Below are positions 56,073 to 64,000 of a stretch of DNA of 64,000 bases, in pieces. The position numbers and the translations under genes were made by a program. Each line of letters begins with the position of its first letter. Position 1 is the first letter of the stretch. Origin of the DNA: an uncultured Chloroflexia bacterium (GTDB taxonomy: Bacteria; Chloroflexota; Chloroflexia; QHBQ01; JADMIH01); NCBI GenBank assembly GCA_963797095.1, contig CAWCNY010000004.1:576001-640000 (forward strand), written 5' to 3'. The notes beneath the pieces are model-generated. The model was not told the origin of the DNA. It saw nothing but the letters and a program-made list of their open reading frames with translations, and ran no database searches.

Positions 56073-58940
56073 TTATCTCGATATGCTCCTGCGACGCCGC
56101 ACCAGCACCAGGCCCGCCAGCACCAGCAAAGCACTTGCTCCCGCCACCAGCCACCAGGTCGTAGCTTGGTCGCCGCCACCTGTCCTCGGCATACCCACCA
56201 CCGGCGCTGCCTTGAAGGATGGTTCTGCTAGGGTCGTACCCTCGGCAGGTGGGACAAAGCTCATGACTGGCTGACCAACGCTGGCATCGCCTCTCGCGTC
56301 AAGCCCGAAGACTGCCTCATACTGGATTGCCGTCCCGCTGCTTGTAATTCTTATGCTACGCGAGCCGTTGGCTCTCGGCACCACGATCTGGAAGGCGAAG
56401 CTGCCGTTGATGTCTGCCGTGGCGCTTCCGAGGCTTTGCTGTTCGACACCATCAACCAACAGAGCGGCAGTCACCTTGCTGGCCGGGCCCCAGTTCGAAC
56501 CGGTCACTGTATAGTTGCCGCCCGATACCTGCGTAAGATTAGACACGGGCAAGCGTCGGCCGGAGACGAACTGGCCGGTCGGATCAGAGCTTCGCACGCC
56601 TATGTCAGCGCGCCCGACCCACGGCCCGATGTTGTCGAAGCTTGCCTGCCAGGTGCCATCGTTCTTGACCACCGCGTTTGCAACTCCGTAGTTGACGTCG
56701 CCATTCACGGAAACGACCGAGATGATGAGTGTCAAACCAGGCTGCCAGCCCTGGCCTGTTAGCTTGACGTAGGGTCCGCCCACGCCGGAGTAACTCTGGA
56801 CTTGCATATTAAGCCCATACTCCAGGGTGCTCGTACCACCCGATGGGATCACGGTTAGATTGGTGGAGGCAGTACGCCCATCGCTGGAGCGCGCCACCAA
56901 CTGAACTACACCCAGGTTCGCCCAGTCCTGGCCGAGGGTAAAGCCGGCGGCGAAGGTGCCGTTACCCGTCACGCCTGCCGTAGCCACGTCCTGCTGCTTA
57001 CCGGGGATCACAAGTGAGATAGTCACCTGCGAGCCTGGAGTCCATGCGCTGCCATTCACCGTCGCCTGCTGGCCGACCTGCAAGGCAGATGGGCTAACCG
57101 TCACCACAGGCTGAACTGGCGGTGGCGCACCTGCGATGTTATATATTGCCTGGGCGCTTAGGCCCGTTCCCCCGAGGCTGGCAATGAAGAGCACCTGGCT
57201 CTTGCCACGAAAACTCGAGTCGATGAATACCGGCACCGAAAAAGTACCGTTAGCGGTGGTTGATACCTGAGTTGGCAAGAATGCCTCGCTCTGATCATGG
57301 ATGCCTTTGTAGCCGATGGTAATGGACTGGCCTGCTGGCCAACCTGCGCCCTGGAGCGTTACGCTGGCATTGATCGGGCCTGAAGATGGGCTTACCTGGA
57401 GCAACGGCTGGTTGTACACCGTAATGCGGTTGTTATAGCTGGCCTTAAGCCCTCCAGCGGCGGTGGCGAACACGATGAATCGTGAGCCTGCCGCTCGGTT
57501 GTTGCCGATACCGAAAGTTGCATGGAAGGTGCCATCGTCGTCCGTGCTCGTAGTTGCGGGATACTCAGCGTTGGACGAGCCATCGAAGAGGATGCCGACC
57601 TGAACCGAGATATCGGCGGGGAATCCGCTCCCTGTCACATCCACTGGGCCGCCCTTGATTATCGCAACCTTCGGTGAGACGTCGATCTTGGGGCTGTAGC
57701 TTAGATTGAACCCCGCTGTAGCACGTACCGAGCCGTTGTTGGCGATAGCGGCAATCGTGACACTATCGTATTGGGTGGCTTGAGCGGGCAGTCTAAAATT
57801 GCTGGTGAAAACACCGTTGCCATCTGCCGTAACTGTAGTCACGCTCGCTGCATAGTTCGCGTCTGTGCGCTCGACCTGTATTGTGACCGCCGTATTGCGC
57901 GGGAAGTTGACACCCTGCACCTGGAGAGTAGTAGTGGCATCGCCTTGCGAAGGGCTGACCGTGATAGCGGCTTGCCCGACAGGGGGAGTTGGTTGCGGGG
58001 TAGGTGTAGGTGTGATACCGGGCGTCTGCCCACCGTACCGCCAATCATAGTAGGTGCGGCCGACATTGCCCATCTCAACCTCGAAACCGGCTGGGTTGCC
58101 GGGTGTGTAAGTGAGGATTCGGCGCTGGAAGGCCTGCATCAATACCCACTTCTGCTGGTTGCCCACCTGGATCGGGATCCAGTACGCTTCCGTCAGAGGG
58201 TAACCCATCGCGAACACCCAGTCGATGACGGTGTCCTGCTGGTACTGGCCGTCGACATATACAGGCCCGCTCTGGTTCATGAAGTTCCAGAATACATCGG
58301 GGATGTTATGCCCAAGCGTGTTATCGTAAACTGCATACTTGGCGTAGCCCGCGAGGTTGTTCACAACGCCGACACCGCCTGTGCGTTGTAGGCCCTCGCT
58401 CACCTGCTGCCCGGTGCGGTCGGGGGCGCGGTTGTTACCGTTCAGGCTGGCGACAGAAGCCAGCGACGTATAGGTTGGTGCGTTCACGCTGGTAGCCGTA
58501 TCTCCGGCCACGGGAATATCGGCGGGCAGGCCTTGTAGAAACGCATTGTTGCCGGTCTGTATGCGGCCGGTCATCATTTCCACTACGAGCAAGCCGTTGG
58601 TGACGAAGAAGGGGTTGTTGCGATCCCCGTTCGGGTTGTTGATCTCCATGCGGCTCTTGTCCAAATATGCAACAAGATGCTGGCCGTTCTGCCCCTCGAT
58701 GTAAGGCTCACTGCCCACATAGAATACCTCAGGACCCCACATCCAGGAACGCGAGACCACCTGGTCCGCTACCGGCTTGTCGGTCCGATTCCAGACTGCT
58801 GCCATGGCAGGGTCGGGGAAATTGGGAGCCGCCAGGGCGGGTTGCACCGCCGTCAGCGCCGGGACCGTCACTACGGTCGCCAGAATTGCAAAGGTAACTG
58901 CCTTTGCGAAGTTTGAGGTATGTAATCCAATCGGTTTCAT
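56073..58940 (-). CDS. Large cell-surface protein: Chloroflexi-type N-terminal domain, about 5 Ig-like repeats, MPRTG sorting signal
   Basis: Signal peptide; 'WNRTDKPV..RSWMWGP', 'DKSRMEI', 'FQRRILTYTP...VEMGNVG'; repeated 'V.G..(F/W)P' units; MPRTG-TM-RRRR; ATG 58940. Confidence 0.85.
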   Translation of the reverse strand: MKPIGLHTSNFAKAVTFAILATVVTVPALTAVQPALAAPNFPDPAMAAVWNRTDKPVADQVVSRSWMWGPEVFYVGSEPYIEGQNGQHLVAYLDKSRMEINNPNGDRNNPFFVTNGLLVVEMMTGRIQTGNNAFLQGLPADIPVAGDTATSVNAPTYTSLASVASLNGNNRAPDRTGQQVSEGLQRTGGVGVVNNLAGYAKYAVYDNTLGHNIPDVFWNFMNQSGPVYVDGQYQQDTVIDWVFAMGYPLTEAYWIPIQVGNQQKWVLMQAFQRRILTYTPGNPAGFEVEMGNVGRTYYDWRYGGQTPGITPTPTPQPTPPVGQAAITVSPSQGDATTTLQVQGVNFPRNTAVTIQVERTDANYAASVTTVTADGNGVFTSNFRLPAQATQYDSVTIAAIANNGSVRATAGFNLSYSPKIDVSPKVAIIKGGPVDVTGSGFPADISVQVGILFDGSSNAEYPATTSTDDDGTFHATFGIGNNRAAGSRFIVFATAAGGLKASYNNRITVYNQPLLQVSPSSGPINASVTLQGAGWPAGQSITIGYKGIHDQSEAFLPTQVSTTANGTFSVPVFIDSSFRGKSQVLFIASLGGTGLSAQAIYNIAGAPPPVQPVVTVSPSALQVGQQATVNGSAWTPGSQVTISLVIPGKQQDVATAGVTGNGTFAAGFTLGQDWANLGVVQLVARSSDGRTASTNLTVIPSGGTSTLEYGLNMQVQSYSGVGGPYVKLTGQGWQPGLTLIISVVSVNGDVNYGVANAVVKNDGTWQASFDNIGPWVGRADIGVRSSDPTGQFVSGRRLPVSNLTQVSGGNYTVTGSNWGPASKVTAALLVDGVEQQSLGSATADINGSFAFQIVVPRANGSRSIRITSSGTAIQYEAVFGLDARGDASVGQPVMSFVPPAEGTTLAEPSFKAAPVVGMPRTGGGDQATTWWLVAGASALLVLAGLVLVRRRRSISR

Positions 58941-59333
58941 CTGCTTCACTCTATCCTTTTGATACTTGTGCGAGATCCTTCTTGTGTGAAATTTATAACT
59001 GACCCCCACACGAATCAGAACGTTTGATCCCAATCGAAAGTTCCGATAGCGAACGGTTTCATCGAGCATCCACCTTTGTGCCGCTTATGGGATCACTCCC
59101 CGGAATCTATGCGCTGCTGCTTCCGAATGTGGAAGCGCATGCTAGATCCGTTTAGATCACTACACATTACATCATATTACATGCCACCGGAATTATGCAT
59201 GAGTAAAACTACGGATGTAATCGGTGCCCAGGCGTAATTCACATCCCTCACTTGGTAAGTGGCGTGTTACTGCTTCATATGTGGAGTTAGAAGGGAGAAA
59301 GTATGAACGCAGTTCGGACTTAAGTCGTAACGA

Positions 59334-59990
59334 TCAATTCTCCGGTTGCAAATTCTCTATTTGCTCCTTAATTATCGCCAGGGCGCGGGTCAACGCTTCC
59401 GCGTCTTTTGGCTTTTCCTGTAGCTCGGTCAGCTCGAAGGCTTTGCCGAAGCGAACAGCGATGCGCGCAGGGCGAATCCATTTGCCTGGGGGAAGAGCGC
59501 GGTTGGTATTGACTACGGTCGCCGGGATAATCGGGGTGCGCGTGCGCGAGGCGAGCCTTGCCGCGCCGGTTCTTAGCTCAAGCATCTCACCGATAGTGCT
59601 TCGCGTGCCTTCAGGGAACATGCCAAGCAATTCACCCTCCTTCAAGACGGAGAGAGCAACACGCATGGAGGCAGGGTCGCGGCGCGCTCGGTCCACTGGA
59701 AAAGCCCCAACCTTGCGTATGAGGAAACCGAGAATTGGCGTGCTGAAAAGCTCTTCTTTCGCCATGAAGTTTACCATCCTGTCCGTGGCGTACCCGACCA
59801 CGAACGGATCGATCAGGCTTAGATGGTTGCAAACGATCATGGCCGCGCCTTGCCTGGGCACGTTTTCCAGGCCGGAAACCTTGAGCGGCCACAGAGTGTG
59901 GAATAACAGCCCGAAGAAGCCGCGAATTACATGGTACCATCCCGCGCTTGGCGTGCGCTCGTATTCGAGTTTGCCGTCCTTGCTGCTCAT
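59334..59990 (-). CDS. plsC: 1-acyl-sn-glycerol-3-phosphate acyltransferase
   Basis: NHxxxxD (NHLSLID), 'FMAKEELF', 'FPEGTRS'; ATG 59990 after GGAGG. Confidence 0.9.
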   Translation of the reverse strand: MSSKDGKLEYERTPSAGWYHVIRGFFGLLFHTLWPLKVSGLENVPRQGAAMIVCNHLSLIDPFVVGYATDRMVNFMAKEELFSTPILGFLIRKVGAFPVDRARRDPASMRVALSVLKEGELLGMFPEGTRSTIGEMLELRTGAARLASRTRTPIIPATVVNTNRALPPGKWIRPARIAVRFGKAFELTELQEKPKDAEALTRALAIIKEQIENLQPEN

Positions 59991-60095
59991 TCCACCTCCG
60001 ATACCCACGGCCATCTTTTCGCCACACAAACCAATTTTGGATTGAACAACCAACCCTAAACACGCAGGATCTACGAACCAGAAACGTGGAACTAC

Positions 60096-61007
60096 TTACC
60101 CGCCGAGCATAGCGAACCAGTATAACGCGGGCAACACGAAAAGGATACTATCTATCCGGTCGAGCACACCACCGTGGCCGGGGATGACGTTTCCGCTATC
60201 TTTGACTCCTGCCGCCCGCTTGAGAAGCGATTCGCACAGGTCGCCAGACACCGCAGCAGCACAAATTACAAGCCCCAGAAGTATAGCAGGCAGCCAACCG
60301 ATCTTGAGAATACCCGAGAGGGCCACGGCAGCCACAATCGCGCCCAAAGTACCTCCTCCCAATCCCTCCCAGGTTTTGCCTGGGCTGATGTGAGGGATCA
60401 TCTTGTGCCGACCAACCAGGCTGCCAACCAGGTACGCGCCTGTATCGCAGGAAGCCGTTCCAAGCAGCACCGCCAGCATCCAGGGCACCCCGTCGGCGCG
60501 AGTGGGTATCTCTGATAGAGAAGCCAGGAGCGGAGCATAGCCCAGAAGCCCGCCCGTGTAAAGGGCACCCGCCAGGGTAAGGCCGAGGTCAGCCCACGCA
60601 AGATATGGGCTGCGCGAAGCTGAAGCTAAGGTGGCACCCTGCGTAGCATCTTGCCCTGCGGAGCCCGTGTAGCGCGCCCATGTCAGGCCCATTCGAGCAA
60701 GCGCCAGGATGAGTACGAGGGCGAGGGCCATAATCTCAGCCGCCACGCCTGGACCTGTGTCTGCAACACCCGAGAGAAGGTCGCCACGCAGGTAACCGCG
60801 CAATCCGAAAAGGAGAGCAAGCGCGATACCTGCCGGGTACCAGGGCTCGTAGCCTGCACGCCTGACTATCGTGTAAAACTCGTGGGCGGCAAGCACCGAA
60901 GCCGTCGCGACGACCACCAGCAGCAGAGGCCCGCGCACCCATATCGCCAGCAGCACAAGGGCAAGCAATAGTGCGCCACTGATTGTCCGGACACCCAGGT
61001 TCTTCAA
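60096..61007 (-). CDS. cdsA: Phosphatidate cytidylyltransferase
   Basis: 'DTGAYLVG', 'ISPGKTWEG', 'GDLCESLLKR..GVKDSG..IPGHGGVLDRIDS'. Confidence 0.95.
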   Translation of the reverse strand: MKNLGVRTISGALLLALVLLAIWVRGPLLLVVVATASVLAAHEFYTIVRRAGYEPWYPAGIALALLFGLRGYLRGDLLSGVADTGPGVAAEIMALALVLILALARMGLTWARYTGSAGQDATQGATLASASRSPYLAWADLGLTLAGALYTGGLLGYAPLLASLSEIPTRADGVPWMLAVLLGTASCDTGAYLVGSLVGRHKMIPHISPGKTWEGLGGGTLGAIVAAVALSGILKIGWLPAILLGLVICAAAVSGDLCESLLKRAAGVKDSGNVIPGHGGVLDRIDSILFVLPALYWFAMLGG

Positions 61008-61031
61008 GTCGTAAACCCCTTGAACCCATGC

Positions 61032-61230
61032 ATAATGTGTTTCGGTTCAGGAATAATCGATGAGCCGCGCGTATTGACAGCATAATTATGCCATATTTAT
61101 GTGTTCTGCCTCTATCCTGAGCCATGCCGCCACGCAACCTTATCTAAAATACCCGTTTTACGGTTGTGGGTACAACAATGATGGATATATGGTTGGTGTA
61201 TAATGTGTTTCGGTTCATGAATAATCGATG
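61032..61230. repeat. 31-bp direct repeat (30/31 identical) at 61032-61062 and 61200-61230
   Basis: ATAATGTGTTTCGGTTCA(G/T)GAATAATCGATG. Confidence 0.9.
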
Positions 61231-61304
61231 GCGCGCTGCCAATTCGCACCTTCCTCGCACGATTACGGGGCAATTTCGTAAGGCGGTAGAGGCGGTAGAG
61301 GGAA

Positions 61305-61601
61305 ATGACTTACTACAGATGGCATGGAATCGTTTACAAGGATGGAGTATACTCCGCGATAGTGCGTTACGATCTTGCGAAAGAGATCCTCTCCAAACGA
61401 ATTGGTGGTAATATGTCAGATGAGAGGAGCCACGTCCGTGGCTCGCTCGTAGTCCTACAAGGCGAATTGCCTCTCAATGAGGAACTTTTACTGCATATGG
61501 AAGACGGCAGGGAAGTCGCTGTTCAAGCCAGCCAATCAGATAATTTTGGCACCTATGCAACCCGACACCTTGCAATCCTGAGCGACGACCCCGATAATTA
61601 A
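61305..61601 (+). CDS. Hypothetical protein
   Basis: 98-aa ORF with purine-rich SD, ending 7 nt before the response regulator gene. Confidence 0.5.
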   Translation: MTYYRWHGIVYKDGVYSAIVRYDLAKEILSKRIGGNMSDERSHVRGSLVVLQGELPLNEELLLHMEDGREVAVQASQSDNFGTYATRHLAILSDDPDN

Positions 61602-61608
61602 CTACAAT

Positions 61609-61971
61609 ATGAGAAGAGAACCTACACTTCTGGTCATTGATGATGACCTAGCCACTCACCAACTCATAACACGTGCTCTGGAGCCGGAAGGGATCAACGT
61701 TATCACCGCCGAAAATGGCGAGCAAGGCTGGTATGCTCTGTTGAGCGCCCGACCAGACTTGATCTTACTTGATCTTCAGATGCCACTTATGACAGGCTGG
61801 GGTTTCGCCCAGAAAATGGAGCAGGAAGGGATCCCGGTGCCGATCGTCATTATGTCAGGCATGATCGACAACCCACAGGACGCAAGAGAATTGGGTGCCG
61901 TCGATTTCCTGAGAAAGCCCTTCACAGTAGAAACACTTCGCGCGATCGTCGTCGCCCACATTAGAAGATAA
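61609..61971 (+). CDS. Single-domain response regulator (receiver only)
   Basis: 'VIDDD', 'PDLILLDLQMP', 'IMSG', 'FLRKPF'. Confidence 0.9.
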   Translation: MRREPTLLVIDDDLATHQLITRALEPEGINVITAENGEQGWYALLSARPDLILLDLQMPLMTGWGFAQKMEQEGIPVPIVIMSGMIDNPQDARELGAVDFLRKPFTVETLRAIVVAHIRR

Positions 61972-61999
61972 AGCCCATTCCAGTATCCAGGACTGATGT

Positions 62000-62497
62000 A
62001 TGAAAGATCCCAGGGCCGAACTTAGGATCGCGGTGTTGACCGTCAGTGACGGAGTTACAGCAGGCACACGACAGGACCTCAGCGGGGAACTCGCCGTGCA
62101 GATGCTTTCTGAGCGACTCCAACCCTCCTCGATTGAATCTAAGGTCGTGCCGGACGACCGGACCAAAATCGAGCAAACCCTTATGGGTTGGGCCGGCGAG
62201 CACTACACGTTGATAGTGACCAGCGGGGGTACCGGCATCTCTCCCCGTGACAACACGCCACAGGCAACCCTCGCGGTGGTTGATTATCAGGTTCCAGGTA
62301 TGGCCGAGCTGATGAGATCGGAGTCGCTCAAGAAGACGCCGATGGCGGCTCTGTCACGGGCGATAGTGGGTGTGCGAGGCAGAACCCTGATCGTTAATCT
62401 TCCAGGCTCACCGAAAGGGGTGCGCGAATGCCTTGAGGCGATCTTGCCGATCCTGCCTCATGCCTTCGAGCAACTGGCAAGCGGCGCGGGCCATTGA
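62000..62497 (+). CDS. mog: Molybdopterin adenylyltransferase (MogA/MoaB family)
   Basis: 'LTVSD', 'DLSG', 'TSGGTGISPRDNTP', 'LSRA', 'NLPGSPKG'. Confidence 0.9.
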   Translation: MKDPRAELRIAVLTVSDGVTAGTRQDLSGELAVQMLSERLQPSSIESKVVPDDRTKIEQTLMGWAGEHYTLIVTSGGTGISPRDNTPQATLAVVDYQVPGMAELMRSESLKKTPMAALSRAIVGVRGRTLIVNLPGSPKGVRECLEAILPILPHAFEQLASGAGH

Positions 62498-62557
62498 TCT
62501 CTGATCCAGGCCCAGAACTGTTACTGATATAGGAGATTTGAGGAGCCGCGATGGGTG

Positions 62558-63391
62558 CTAGCGCACGAAGAATTCGCTGTTGGCGCTCTGGCTTGACTGG
62601 TAAGGCTTGGCTATCACGATCAGGCGCTTGTCATCGATGCCATAAGGGTAGCAGGTAATCATAGTGAGGGTCTGATCGACGGTGGGATTCATGTAAGAGG
62701 CGTTGGCCCGCTGCTGGGCCTCCGATACGCCCTCTTCCTGGACGATCACCAGTTGGGTCACTACATAGACGTACTGGCCCTTCTCGGTATCCACAATCAC
62801 CGTATCGCCCTTGTTCACAAGGTGGAGGTTCTTGAACACCTCACCTCGATAATCGACATGGCCCGACAAGACAACATTACCGACCTCGCCGGGGTTGGCA
62901 GTCCCGGCATGGTGGCCCACAGCGTAGTCGGCTACCTGCCATTCGCTCTTGGCACCTGCACCATCCTTGCTTGGGATCATCTTCCAGGTGACAGGCACTA
63001 TGCTCGAATCGATCCCCACGCTGGGGATCAGGAGGTGTACAGGCGGGGAATCATCGATCTGCCTGCTTGAGATAGTCAGCCACTGGCTGATACCTGGAGC
63101 GGTATTAAGGTTAGGCGGAGGAGGCGGTGGAACCGGGGTGGAAGTTGGTAGGCTCGCGACCTCCCCGGCAACAATCGGCGTTGGCACGCTATCGGGGCCG
63201 TTCTTCTGAACGAATTCCTGGAGGTACTGATCATTGCTCCACCACGTGTAGCCCTGCCAGGCTCCAATACCGATCAAGAGCGCAAGCCCTGAAATAATGA
63301 GGAGGTTGCCGATCAGGCGAACAGGCGAAAATCCCCTGTGGAGCCGGCCCTTACTATCCATCTTCAGTTCGTGTGCGTCTGCTAGATCCAT
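62558..63391 (-). CDS. Sortase (class D-like)
   Basis: N-terminal TM; 'PGEVGNVVLSGH', 'LTMITCYP', 'RLIV' (His/Cys/Arg triad). Confidence 0.92.
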   Translation of the reverse strand: MDLADAHELKMDSKGRLHRGFSPVRLIGNLLIISGLALLIGIGAWQGYTWWSNDQYLQEFVQKNGPDSVPTPIVAGEVASLPTSTPVPPPPPPNLNTAPGISQWLTISSRQIDDSPPVHLLIPSVGIDSSIVPVTWKMIPSKDGAGAKSEWQVADYAVGHHAGTANPGEVGNVVLSGHVDYRGEVFKNLHLVNKGDTVIVDTEKGQYVYVVTQLVIVQEEGVSEAQQRANASYMNPTVDQTLTMITCYPYGIDDKRLIVIAKPYQSSQSANSEFFVR

Positions 63392-63756
63392 GCTTTATCC
63401 TGAATTATAGGGCCATTCGGTGCGGTCGCCGGCCGTCCTTTCCAGTATACCATACGAACAGGGGGCCAAAATGGGTGCATCATGAAACCAAACGGGTGAA
63501 ATTGGCCTAATTCTCTAGAGGTATCTTTGGGTGTATGAGAAGGCTCCTGTAGGCGAAAAACCGTACAGGGATCGACAAAGCATGCTACAATATACATCTG
63601 AGGTGACGGCCAATAGGTTAGCAGTCTTATAGTATGCGATATGATCTTATGTCACGTATTGATTACCTCGCATCATTGGTGTACAATAACCGCAAAACGC
63701 GAAACTCAAACGCGCAAGCTCTTATTGTTAGCGTTGAACGTAGGGCAGGAAGATAA

Positions 63757-64000
63757 ATGCCGTCAGAAGGGATACAGCGGGCTGATATAGCCAGGCTCCG
63801 CGAAGACGTGGAAGGAGCCATCGCGGGCGCAGTAAAGCGTCTCCGCGATATCGAGGTGTTCGCCCAGGCGCGCTTGCGGGAAGCGATGACCGAGCGCCAG
63901 CACCTTGAAGCTTTTCTGGACGAATTGCAGCTCAGGGTGCGAGCCATCACGGAATCGGGCGAGCTACCGCTAAAGGTTACAGGACCGCTAACCACCGACC
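63757..64000 (+). CDS. 5' fragment of a coiled-coil protein (runs off the window)
   Basis: ATG 63757 after AGGAAG; open to the window end: MPSEGIQRADIARLREDVEGAIAG... Confidence 0.55.
   Translation, partial: MPSEGIQRADIARLREDVEGAIAGAVKRLRDIEVFAQARLREAMTERQHLEAFLDELQLRVRAITESGELPLKVTGPLTTD

Noticed and set aside
61032-61230. 31-bp repeat pair as a minimal CRISPR
   Set aside because: Only two copies, with a 137-bp gap far longer than a spacer

Overview
GC-rich bacterial chromosomal window, very likely Chloroflexota (inferred from 'FPETG...GGLAQQGYPIS' repeat surface proteins, a sortase with GMPxTG substrates and a GxHH-type IleRS). 1-31.9 kb is one minus-strand cell-envelope glycosylation cluster: 8 complete plus 1 partial GT4, about 8 polytopic GT-C-like membrane proteins (one split by a 4-bp duplication), a flippase, 3 SAM methyltransferases, a Trm112-like protein, DUF971 and a cytochrome c lipoprotein. 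32.5-37.3 kb is an Ile T-box riboswitch (AUC specifier) whose first regulated gene is a cupin-RNase HI fusion, followed by ileS; this is the most unusual arrangement seen. Next come tRNA-Lys(UUU) with a possible 2.1-kb island remnant, an amidinotransferase, a thioesterase, a frameshifted M24 peptidase, and an ISKra4/ISLre2-like IS (21-bp TIRs, 9-bp TSD) whose transposase is broken by a tandem-repeat expansion. The rest holds a LuxI/FeeM-like acyltransferase, a DUF4331-TPR-Ni/Co transporter operon, an AAA regulator/SnoaL locus, tldD, a large sortase-anchored surface protein, plsC, cdsA, a receiver protein, mog and a sortase. No CRISPR array or rRNA was seen. All family calls come from motif recognition by eye, not database searches, and several starts were moved from the ORF track using SD sequences and stop/start overlaps.
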